From Melioribacter roseus P3M-2 (lineage in GTDB: Bacteria > Bacteroidota > Ignavibacteria > Kapaibacteriales > Kapaibacteriaceae), in contig CAMCXP010000002.1 in NCBI GenBank assembly GCA_945883395.1, forward strand, positions 1 to 51,488: DNA of 51,488 nt. Reading direction: 5' to 3'. Under the pieces are notes generated by a model. The model worked only from the letters and a program-made list of their open reading frames with translations, did not search any database and was not told where the DNA came from. The position numbers were made by a program, and so were the translations under genes. Below, piece by piece: positions 20,121 to 28,430 of the stretch; within the stretch, counting starts at the first letter, position 1; every line of letters begins with the position of its first letter.

Positions 20121-21197
20121 ATGAAGAACATGAACACACTTACACGCATTGCCTTCGCGGCCTTCCTCATCTGTATCTCTTCGTCGATGGCATCAGCACA
20201 GCTGATCGCCGTGACGGCCGGAGAGTTCACAAAGGTCGGTCTCTCTGGGGGTCAGTTCCTAAAGATTGGCGTCGGCGCTCGCGGTACGGGTATGGCCGGT
20301 GCATATTCAGCGGTGTCTGACGACCTTACGTCGATCTTCTGGAATTCAGCTGGCTTGGCTGATGTGAAAGCCTATGCTGCTGATTTCAGTCAGACGTTCT
20401 GGTTCGCTGGAATGTCGCACAACTTCGCTGCAGTCGCGATTCCTGTCGGCGAGAAGTTCCGCCTTGCTGCAAGCTTCACGTCATTCAGCTCTGGTGACAT
20501 CAACGTGACGACAACAAATAGGCAGGATGGCACGGGTGGTATCTACAATGTGAGCGATATCGCTATCGGTATCACACTCGCCGGATACCTCACTGAGCAA
20601 TTCTCGTTCGGTGCTACAGCCAAGTATGTGCAGCACGCCTTCACAAACATGAGCGCTGGCGGCTTCGTGTTCGACGTTGGTACGCGGTACAATACGGGCT
20701 ACAAGGGCTTGATGCTTGGTTTCTCGATCAACTCGTTGGGTCCACAACAAACCTTCGACGGTCCGGAAATCACACGCACAAACAGCCCAACGCCGGGTCT
20801 TAATAATATGTCGGTCGACATGCAAATGCAGACATCGCCATTCGACATGCCATTGTCATTCCGTGCTGGTATTGGTGCGGACCTCTGCCAGGGCATGCTC
20901 TTCGAACCTCAAGTTGATGCCAATGGCGTGCTCGAGCACTCGCTGGTCGCAGCGGTGGACTTCGAAACATTCAGTGACACACCAGAACAATTTGCCATCG
21001 GTACAGAATACACATGGCGTGATTTCGTCAGTGTACGCGCTGGATATCGCTTCGGTTCGGATCAGTTTGGTCTTGCTGGTGGACTCGGCCTCCGCTATAA
21101 TGGCGGTGGATTCGAGGGTCAAGTCGACTACTCTGTGAACCCAACACAGAACATCGGATTGATCAGCCGACTGAGCGTTGCAATGCGCTTCCAGTAA
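20121..21197 (+). CDS. PorV/PorQ-family outer-membrane barrel (T9SS-associated)
   Basis: GGGAGGG upstream; signal peptide. The N-terminal block GQFLKIGVGARGTGMAGAYSAVSDDLTSIFWNSAGLA matches the family signature as I remember it. Glycine/aromatic-rich alternating strands; ~360 aa. Confidence 0.65.
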   Translation: MKNMNTLTRIAFAAFLICISSSMASAQLIAVTAGEFTKVGLSGGQFLKIGVGARGTGMAGAYSAVSDDLTSIFWNSAGLADVKAYAADFSQTFWFAGMSHNFAAVAIPVGEKFRLAASFTSFSSGDINVTTTNRQDGTGGIYNVSDIAIGITLAGYLTEQFSFGATAKYVQHAFTNMSAGGFVFDVGTRYNTGYKGLMLGFSINSLGPQQTFDGPEITRTNSPTPGLNNMSVDMQMQTSPFDMPLSFRAGIGADLCQGMLFEPQVDANGVLEHSLVAAVDFETFSDTPEQFAIGTEYTWRDFVSVRAGYRFGSDQFGLAGGLGLRYNGGGFEGQVDYSVNPTQNIGLISRLSVAMRFQ

Positions 21198-21225
21198 TCG
21201 ACGGCTGTCGACGTAGAATTCTCTC

Positions 21226-21266
21226 AATGCCGTTGGTCCACTGGACGAACGGCATTGATTGTTTGT
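21226..21266 (+). terminator. Probable rho-independent terminator closing the receptor / giant protein / PorV unit
   Basis: AATGCCGTTGGTCCA / TGGACGAACGGCATT (21226-21256, one internal mismatch), followed by GATTGTTTGT. Confidence 0.6.
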
Positions 21267-21280
21267 AAGGGCACACTCCC

Positions 21281-22693
21281 ATGATTCGTATCCTCTTCAT
21301 CACCTTGCTTGCTGCAGCGCTTTCTGCGCGAAGCGCGGATCAACGTACCCTCGATGTGGTCGTTGACGTTGTGCAATTCCGCGGCGAGGGGGCCTCCACA
21401 CGATGGGAGTTTCAATACTCATTCGCCGATACCGCTCTGCGCTATGTGATTGCTCCTTCAGGTTTTCAAGCAGAAATGCTGTGCCGTATCAACGTGGTGT
21501 CGGCTCTTGGTGATACACTACGCGACGAGTGGATTGCCTCTGCCGCAAGCACTGTTCAGAAGCCGATTCACCAGCGGTTCTACGCTGGAGTGCGGAAGCT
21601 TCAACTTGCACCAGGCAACTACAAGGTTACGTTTAACGCCCGTGACATGCACGACGATGCGCGCGTACTAAGCAGTACGTTTTCATCAACAGTGCAAGCC
21701 TTCACCTTTAAGCCATCGATGAGCGATGTGATGTTCGTGATGCCACGCGCGCTCGGAAGCGATGCTCGGTTTGATCGCAATGGTGAATCGGCTCAGCCAA
21801 ATCCGCGACATGAGATCATCGGACGTGATCCGTCGATCTGTTTCTACACCGAAATCTATAATGCTCGCCGGGCAAACCTTGACACCTTCGCTCTTGAGTT
21901 CCAGGTGCTTGATCATGTGCGTGAAGAACAGCTGGTAACGTTTTTGCGCGAGATCGGTACAAGCGATGGCTTGGTTGTGCGCGAAGAGATTCCTGCCGGT
22001 GCGCTGCGCTCAGGTGTCTACACCCTCCGCACACGCATGCTCTCGAAGGATCTCGTAACGGTATACGACATGAAAGAGGAGCGCATCTTTGTTCTGAATC
22101 CAGAGCTTCCTCCGGAGGGACGACTGCTGGTGTCGGAAGACGAACAGTTCCAAGCATCAGAGTGGTCTGTGGTTACCGATGAGCGTCTCGTACACGAACT
22201 TGAGCTTTCCGACGTGCTTGCTTCGCGCGCCGAGATGAGCATCCGTGCATCATGCACCGATACACGGTCGAAGCAGCGTTATCTCTTCAAGTTCTGGCGT
22301 CAACGAGATCCGGATCCGTCCACGTTTGCCAACGAACGTCTTGATGATTTTCGTGCGATGTATAAGCGCGCACAGTCGTTCTACGGCAATCCAACGTTTC
22401 GGAATGGATGGAAGACCGATCGTGGCTTAGCGCTGTTGCGTTATGGGATTCCTACGCAGGTTGAGCAGTTCATTCAGACGATTGATACGAAGCCCTACGA
22501 GATCTGGTTCTATCAGGGCATTCAAGGTGGTGCGCACTTCTACTTCGTGGATATGAATCTGCAGCAGAATCACCGGTTGGTGCATTCAACAATGATTGGT
22601 CAGATACGCGAACCGAACTGGTACAATCTCTACTGCAAGGCCTTCGAACCAAACCCAATCCCACTCGAGTCACTCCGTCCGAGTCAACGATAA
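21281..22693 (+). CDS. GWxTD domain-containing secreted protein
   Basis: Signal peptide; TFRNGWKTDRGLALLRYGIP carries the name-giving GWxTD motif, followed by YEIWFYQ; the motif sits in the C-terminal third, as in the family. Confidence 0.7.
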   Translation: MIRILFITLLAAALSARSADQRTLDVVVDVVQFRGEGASTRWEFQYSFADTALRYVIAPSGFQAEMLCRINVVSALGDTLRDEWIASAASTVQKPIHQRFYAGVRKLQLAPGNYKVTFNARDMHDDARVLSSTFSSTVQAFTFKPSMSDVMFVMPRALGSDARFDRNGESAQPNPRHEIIGRDPSICFYTEIYNARRANLDTFALEFQVLDHVREEQLVTFLREIGTSDGLVVREEIPAGALRSGVYTLRTRMLSKDLVTVYDMKEERIFVLNPELPPEGRLLVSEDEQFQASEWSVVTDERLVHELELSDVLASRAEMSIRASCTDTRSKQRYLFKFWRQRDPDPSTFANERLDDFRAMYKRAQSFYGNPTFRNGWKTDRGLALLRYGIPTQVEQFIQTIDTKPYEIWFYQGIQGGAHFYFVDMNLQQNHRLVHSTMIGQIREPNWYNLYCKAFEPNPIPLESLRPSQR

Positions 22694-23568
22694 TGTCGCT
22701 CAGTGATTGGTCTACAACATGGGCACTGCAAGCGCTGGGAGCGGTTGCTCGAACATTGCCATGGTCTGGTCGTCGCACTCTTGGTCGGTTGATAGGCCGA
22801 CGAATGATGGGGCTCTCATCATCGCGCCGACGCATCACGGAAGAGAACGTTGAGCGTGCCTTCCCATCGATCGCTGCACCAGAGCGCGACGCGATTGTGC
22901 ATGCATCGTATGAGAATCTTGGTGTGGTGCTCACCGAGCTCCTTGCCACACCAACGCTCACGCGCGAAGCCGTGCTTGATCGTGTGTCGATTCCTGGGTT
23001 CGACGCCGTGCGTGCACGTCACGCAGAAGGGAAGCCAACGATATTTCTTTCCGCGCATTATGGCAACTGGGAATACCTAGCCATGGCGGCAGGCCTGATG
23101 CTCGATGCGCCAGTATCAATCGTTGTGCATCCACAACACAATGCGGCCGCTGATCGCATACTCAACGCGTATCGATCGCAGTTCGGCAACATCCTGGTCC
23201 CGATGGGGGATGCTGCGCGCCCCCTAGTCAGGACGCTTTCAACAGGCGGAACTGTTGCGTTCCTCGTCGACCAGCACGGCGTGCCGGAAAAGGATCCGTG
23301 GATTGAGTTCTTCGGTGTGGCAGCGCCTACATATGAAGCTCCTGCTGCTCTGGCACTGCGTTTCAATGCACCAATCTTCTATGCATTCGCCGATCGGATG
23401 GAAGATGGACGCTACGTTGCGCAGATTCGCGAGCTGCCGATGGATGATCTCACGAATGATCGTGATGGTGTGCGCGAGCTTACGCGACGTCATGTTGCTG
23501 TGCTTGAAGAACAACTCCGTCGCCGACCCGAGTTGTGGTCGTGGCAACATCGGCGGTGGCGCGCATGA
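22693..23568 (+). CDS. Lipid A late acyltransferase-like protein (LpxL/HtrB/MsbB family lysophospholipid acyltransferase)
   Basis: IFLSAHYGNWEYL (HxxxxE/D-type acyltransferase box) and VAFLVDQH; ~290 aa. TAATG start/stop overlap with the upstream gene. Confidence 0.7.
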   Translation: MSLSDWSTTWALQALGAVARTLPWSGRRTLGRLIGRRMMGLSSSRRRITEENVERAFPSIAAPERDAIVHASYENLGVVLTELLATPTLTREAVLDRVSIPGFDAVRARHAEGKPTIFLSAHYGNWEYLAMAAGLMLDAPVSIVVHPQHNAAADRILNAYRSQFGNILVPMGDAARPLVRTLSTGGTVAFLVDQHGVPEKDPWIEFFGVAAPTYEAPAALALRFNAPIFYAFADRMEDGRYVAQIRELPMDDLTNDRDGVRELTRRHVAVLEEQLRRRPELWSWQHRRWRA

Positions 23569-24677
23569 AGTGGATCGTTGTACAGACAGCATTCCTCGGC
23601 GATGTGGTTCTCACGTTGCCACTCTGCGTTGCCATCAAACAGTATGATCCAGATGCCGAGGTTGTGTTCGTCACAACACCCGCTGCGTCGGGACTTATTC
23701 AGCGATGTTCCTCGGTTGACAAGGTTGTGGTGTTCGATAAGCGAGCACGGCATCGCACATCGAGCGCGCGGAACACCCTCGCGCGCAATCTGCATGCATC
23801 CGATGCAACCGTGCTTGTTCCACACAAGAGCTTCCGCACGATGATGTTCGTGCGCGATATGCGTGCTCAGCGCGTGGTGACGTATGCTGATGCCTGGACG
23901 CGATGGATCGCCGATGTGAAGGTGCCGTACCCAGCTCGACTGCATGATGCACAGCGCCATCTCGCGCTTCTAACGGCAGTGTCCAACACGGCGCACGAAG
24001 TAATGTCGATGCTGCCAATACCCCTGACATCGGAACACGATCGTGCCCAGTCGCACTATCACGTGCCCCCTGGCACAAATCCGCTTGTTGTGCTCGCACC
24101 GGGTTCCGTGTGGCCCACCAAGCAATGGCCTATGGCATCCTTTCGTGAGCTTGCGGTGCGCCTCGAACAACATGGCTGCCGCGTTGTGATTGTTGGCGAT
24201 GCAACCGTGCGCGGACAGATTCCGGAGTCTGCCCTGTGCCGCGATACCAGTGGTCAGACCACCTTACCGGAAGCTGCGGCCATCATCGCACAGGCGAATG
24301 TCGTAGTTTCGAACGACAGCGCGCCCGTGCATCTTGCATCAATGTGCCAAGTTCCTACCGTTGCGATCTTCGGTCCAACGATCCCGGAGTTCGGCTTCGG
24401 TCCACTCGGACCCAGCGGACGTGTTGTTCAGCGTACAGACCTAGCATGCCGTCCATGCAGTGCCCACGGTGCTACCGCGTGCCCAATTGGAACACATGCC
24501 TGTATGAAGCACCTCTCCGTTGATGCCGTAGAGGCTGTAATCAACGATCTTCTTCACGCACACGATGAGAATCGCCATGCGCAATCAACGACGTCCATCC
24601 CGCCCACCCCAACGCCAAGAGCGTTCACAGCGCACGGAGCAGGACGCACCGCCGGCACGCAAGAAGGCCAAGGCTGA
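23565..24677 (+). CDS. Glycosyltransferase family 9 (LPS heptosyltransferase-like)
   Basis: MKWIVVQTAFLGDVVLTLPL N-terminus and VVSNDSAPVHLA are typical GT9 boxes. ATG 23565 overlaps the upstream stop (ATGA); the track's 23535 start is an upstream extension. The last ~40 aa overlap rluB in another frame. Confidence 0.8.
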   Translation: MKWIVVQTAFLGDVVLTLPLCVAIKQYDPDAEVVFVTTPAASGLIQRCSSVDKVVVFDKRARHRTSSARNTLARNLHASDATVLVPHKSFRTMMFVRDMRAQRVVTYADAWTRWIADVKVPYPARLHDAQRHLALLTAVSNTAHEVMSMLPIPLTSEHDRAQSHYHVPPGTNPLVVLAPGSVWPTKQWPMASFRELAVRLEQHGCRVVIVGDATVRGQIPESALCRDTSGQTTLPEAAAIIAQANVVVSNDSAPVHLASMCQVPTVAIFGPTIPEFGFGPLGPSGRVVQRTDLACRPCSAHGATACPIGTHACMKHLSVDAVEAVINDLLHAHDENRHAQSTTSIPPTPTPRAFTAHGAGRTAGTQEGQG

Positions 24678-25413
24678 CAGCGAATACGAAGCGCCCAATG
24701 CGCCACAACGACTCAACAAGGCCATCGCCGATGCAGGTGTTGCATCGCGTCGACGAGCCGATGAATTGATTCGCACTGGCGCTGTGAAAGTCAACGGTCG
24801 CATTATTGTTGAGCTTGGAACCAAGATCGAGATCGACGACATGGTCACGGTCAATGGTGAGCCAATCACGCGCTACAAGCACCTTACCTACATCTTGCTC
24901 AACAAGCCAAAAGATGTCATCTCGACATCCAGCGATGAAAAGGGGCGAGCAACCGTCTTCGACGTTGTCCGTCTCAAGACACGTCTCTTCACCATAGGAC
25001 GCCTCGACCGGAATACCACAGGTGTGTTGCTACTCACCAATGATGGTGAGCTTGCAAACCGGCTGATGCACCCCAGCTATGGCATATTGCGCGTCTACAA
25101 GGTCGTGCTGGATAAGCCCTTGCGTCCGGACCAAGCGCGGAGTATTGCCGCAGGTGTCGAACTCGAGGATGGGCCAACGCAGCCGTGCGAAGTAACCATC
25201 GACCCATCGGATAAAACCAACGTCATGATCGGTATCCGAGAAGGTCGCAACCGCGAGGTCCGTCGAATCTTCGAGCACATTGGCTTCGACGTCAAGCGCC
25301 TCGACCGCAGAGAGTATGCAAACATGTCCACGCGTGGACTCAAACGCGGCGAGTATCGTCACCTCACGCGCGAAGAAGTCTATGAACTTAAACGTCTCGT
25401 GCAACTCGACTGA
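24565..25413 (+). CDS. rluB: 23S rRNA pseudouridine synthase, RsuA/RluB family, with basic N-terminal extension
   Basis: S4 domain LNKAIADAGVASRRRADELIRTGAVKVNG; catalytic-Asp box GRLDRNTTGVLLLTNDGELANRLMHP. No alternative start lies between 24577 and the S4 domain. Confidence 0.8.
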   Translation: MRIAMRNQRRPSRPPQRQERSQRTEQDAPPARKKAKADSEYEAPNAPQRLNKAIADAGVASRRRADELIRTGAVKVNGRIIVELGTKIEIDDMVTVNGEPITRYKHLTYILLNKPKDVISTSSDEKGRATVFDVVRLKTRLFTIGRLDRNTTGVLLLTNDGELANRLMHPSYGILRVYKVVLDKPLRPDQARSIAAGVELEDGPTQPCEVTIDPSDKTNVMIGIREGRNREVRRIFEHIGFDVKRLDRREYANMSTRGLKRGEYRHLTREEVYELKRLVQLD

Positions 25414-27518
25414 TGAACTTCCTTAATCCGTTCGCTCTTCTGGGTCTTGCCGCGGCTGGGATTCCTGTGCTTCTGCACTTGCTGAATCTCCGTAAGCTGC
25501 GGACGATCGAGTTTTCGACGGTGCAGTTTCTTCTCGAGCTGCAGCAGACGCGTGTCCGCAAACTCAAGATCCAACAAATCTTGTTGCTCATCCTTCGCAC
25601 GCTTGTCGTGCTGTTTGCCGTCTTCGCGTTGGCACGCCCAACGATTCCTGGCTCGCTGCCGTTGCTATCGTCGACATCACGCTCGAGTGTGATCATCCTG
25701 ATCGACAATTCGGGAAGCATGGAGGCGTCGGATGGAGGGGGCGAGCGACTGCTGCAGGCGAAGAAGGCTGCACGACAGATTGTGGAGGGCCTGCGCGATG
25801 GCGACGAAGTTGTTGTCGTGCCGATGACTGGTCTTGACGGCGCAACGTCGATCGACGTTACGCGCACATTCCCGATTGCTCTCGAGCATATCGAGCGTAT
25901 TCGGTGTACCGATGGAACGGCCAATCTTCCATCAGCGCTTCGGATGGTACGTCCTCTGCTCGATAATGCGTTGCATGCACATCGTGAGATCTACGTGGTG
26001 AGCGATGCGCAACGGTCGATGATGTATCGCGCTGATGCTTCACGTGATCACGTTCTCACACACGATGCATCGGTCTTCCTTGTGCGTGTTGGAGATGGAC
26101 AGCGTGGATTGGAGCAGAACATTTCCGTTGACTCGGTTGCACTGCGAACAGCTCTGTTTCAGCCGGAGAAAGCTGTCGAGCTGGAAGCGCAGGTGCGGAA
26201 CGGCAGCGACCGTGATGCCACAGGTGTTGTTGTGTCGATGTCGTTTGATGGCATACGTGTTGCGCAGCGTGTTGTGGATCTCCCCGCAGGGGAAACACGA
26301 ACGATATTGCTCGCTGCTCCTCCGCAACGCAGTGGCATGATTGCTGCTGCAATTGAACTTGAAAATGATGCCATCGATCGTGACAATGTGCGATGGGTGG
26401 GCTTTACGGTTCCCGAACGGGCAACGGTAGGCGTGATCGGTTCTGAGTCCGACGCGCTCTTTGTGCGCACTGTGCTCTCACTGCCGGGCATGGAGCGCAG
26501 CGCTCCGCGCCTGCAACAGTATCGCACGCTCCGCGATGCAGCGCCGGCACTTTCGTCGCTTGAGGCCATCGTGATTGCTGGTGGTGATGTAACCACGCAG
26601 GATATCGCGCAGGTGCGTCAGTTTGCGGAAAACGGTGGTGGTCTTGTTGTCTTCGGTTCCGACGCAGCTGGCCTGGCTGAGCTGATGAGCACATGTGGAC
26701 TTGTTGTCGGAGATCGTGTGAGCTCTGATGGTGATGCACCGTTTGCCATCACGTCTGCCGACAAACAGCATCCGCTCTTTGCAGGGGTGTTCATCACGTC
26801 CACAGGCACCGACCGTGCCGTTGAGTCTCCGCGTATCACCACGTTGCGTCCTGCGCGCGGCGGTACAGAGATCGTGCAAACCACCGCTGGTGCAATGATC
26901 ACGGAGTCAGTACTCGGTCAAGGCCGCGTGATCTATTGCGGTGTTCCTCCCACAATGGACTGGAGTACCTTCCCAACCACTGGTTTGTTTGCGGCCTTCA
27001 TGGTGCGATCGATCCTCTACACGGTGTCTCCACGTGATCAAGGCCTGTCGGTAGCCGTCGGCGACGCTGTTCGTGTGCCGGTGCCGCCACGCCATGCAGG
27101 TGACCAGAGTTTCATTGCGCGCGATGTCTATGATGTTGAAACGACCTTGTTCCCTGTGCGGCTGCCGTCATCGACACTGCTTGAGCTCCCTCGGCAGTAT
27201 CGCAGTGGCGTTGTGAAGATCCGCGCGCAAGATTCCTCATCGGTGATGACCGTAACCTTGAACGCGGCAACTACGGAGTCTCGCCTCGACTTCATTGAGC
27301 GCGGAACGTGGGCGAACGAACTCGCTCCCATGGTAGACCACCCCGACCACGTCGTAGAGGTGTCTACCCAATCGTCGATGCGGGATGTTGCCCAGGCTGC
27401 CCGCACCGGATCAGAGCTGTGGTCGGTCTTTGTTGTCCTAGCACTCATCTGTGCTGTTGCGGAAATGGCTGTCTCACGATTCATGGCCCAAGAAGCATCG
27501 GTGCCAGCTACGCCGTAA
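25413..27518 (+). CDS. BatA-N-terminal / von Willebrand factor A domain membrane protein
   Basis: MNFLNPFALLGLAAAGIPVLLHLLNLRK is the aerotolerance-type double-TM N-terminus. vWA MIDAS VIILIDNSGSM. C-terminal TM LWSVFVVLALICAVAEMAV. Confidence 0.75.
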   Translation: MNFLNPFALLGLAAAGIPVLLHLLNLRKLRTIEFSTVQFLLELQQTRVRKLKIQQILLLILRTLVVLFAVFALARPTIPGSLPLLSSTSRSSVIILIDNSGSMEASDGGGERLLQAKKAARQIVEGLRDGDEVVVVPMTGLDGATSIDVTRTFPIALEHIERIRCTDGTANLPSALRMVRPLLDNALHAHREIYVVSDAQRSMMYRADASRDHVLTHDASVFLVRVGDGQRGLEQNISVDSVALRTALFQPEKAVELEAQVRNGSDRDATGVVVSMSFDGIRVAQRVVDLPAGETRTILLAAPPQRSGMIAAAIELENDAIDRDNVRWVGFTVPERATVGVIGSESDALFVRTVLSLPGMERSAPRLQQYRTLRDAAPALSSLEAIVIAGGDVTTQDIAQVRQFAENGGGLVVFGSDAAGLAELMSTCGLVVGDRVSSDGDAPFAITSADKQHPLFAGVFITSTGTDRAVESPRITTLRPARGGTEIVQTTAGAMITESVLGQGRVIYCGVPPTMDWSTFPTTGLFAAFMVRSILYTVSPRDQGLSVAVGDAVRVPVPPRHAGDQSFIARDVYDVETTLFPVRLPSSTLLELPRQYRSGVVKIRAQDSSSVMTVTLNAATTESRLDFIERGTWANELAPMVDHPDHVVEVSTQSSMRDVAQAARTGSELWSVFVVLALICAVAEMAVSRFMAQEASVPATP

Positions 27519-27527
27519 ATTCCGCGT

Positions 27528-28430
27528 ATGTCGAACCTGACGCATCATCCGGAGCAGACCGAATTAGCAGACCGTTTTGTGGCCGCTCAGCGTGGTATTC
27601 GCGAAGCACTCCAAGAGTGGCATCGGTTGTCGACCGTCGTTCGGCCACGGTTGAATGCAGCGTACGAGTCGTTCTTCGGAGAACTCGAGCGCCAGTTCCA
27701 GATAACAGCCATCGCCAGCTCCGAGCTTACCCGACGTGTCGAACTCCTTACGATTAAGGTTGCGCGTGGCGAGCGACTCACGCCAGAGATTATAGCGCTG
27801 ATCAACCAGGTTGTCGACAAGGAGTATGCGCGCTACCACCGCCGACTGCGCGAGGCCTTTGATATGACCGTCGACGATCGTAACCGCGCGGCGGCATCGC
27901 GCATTGATGCTACCGATGATGCCGAGCTCGTTAACATGTATCGCTCGCTTGTAAAGAAGCTACATCCAGATGCACATGCCGACGCCTCGGAGGATGTTGC
28001 ATATTGGCATCGTGTTCAGGCTGCCTATAAGGATCGGAATGTGAGCCAGCTCCGTGCGCTTCTCAGTGTTATTGGTGCTGCCGATGTCGACGATGCGCAG
28101 ACGGCATCGTGGGATCTCGATCGCTGGCATCACGAGGTGGAAGTGCTCGAGCGACGTCGCGATGTGGAGGAGCGGAAGCTCCGCCGGCTGCGCATGCAGG
28201 AGCCCTTTGTGCATGAAGCTGAACTCGAACGTGCATCATGGCGCGATGCGCACATGCGCGAGCTGCAGTCGGCCATAGCCGAGAAGGAACGCGAGATCGC
28301 TGAGAATCGTGAACACTACCGTGAGCTCACGGGTGGTGAGGTGCCGACCGGTACGGATGTGACGAAGACGAAGGATGAACAGACGTTTGAAGAAGACGTT
28401 ATGAAGAACACCTACTTTGGACAACGCTGA
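27528..28430 (+). CDS. J-domain-like protein with coiled-coil flanks
   Basis: Internal MYRSLVKKLHPDAHAD...WHRVQAAYKDRNVSQL resembles J-domain helices II-III with an HPD tripeptide. The rest is charged and helical (EVLERRRDVEERKLRRLR). Confidence 0.5.
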   Translation: MSNLTHHPEQTELADRFVAAQRGIREALQEWHRLSTVVRPRLNAAYESFFGELERQFQITAIASSELTRRVELLTIKVARGERLTPEIIALINQVVDKEYARYHRRLREAFDMTVDDRNRAAASRIDATDDAELVNMYRSLVKKLHPDAHADASEDVAYWHRVQAAYKDRNVSQLRALLSVIGAADVDDAQTASWDLDRWHHEVEVLERRRDVEERKLRRLRMQEPFVHEAELERASWRDAHMRELQSAIAEKEREIAENREHYRELTGGEVPTGTDVTKTKDEQTFEEDVMKNTYFGQR

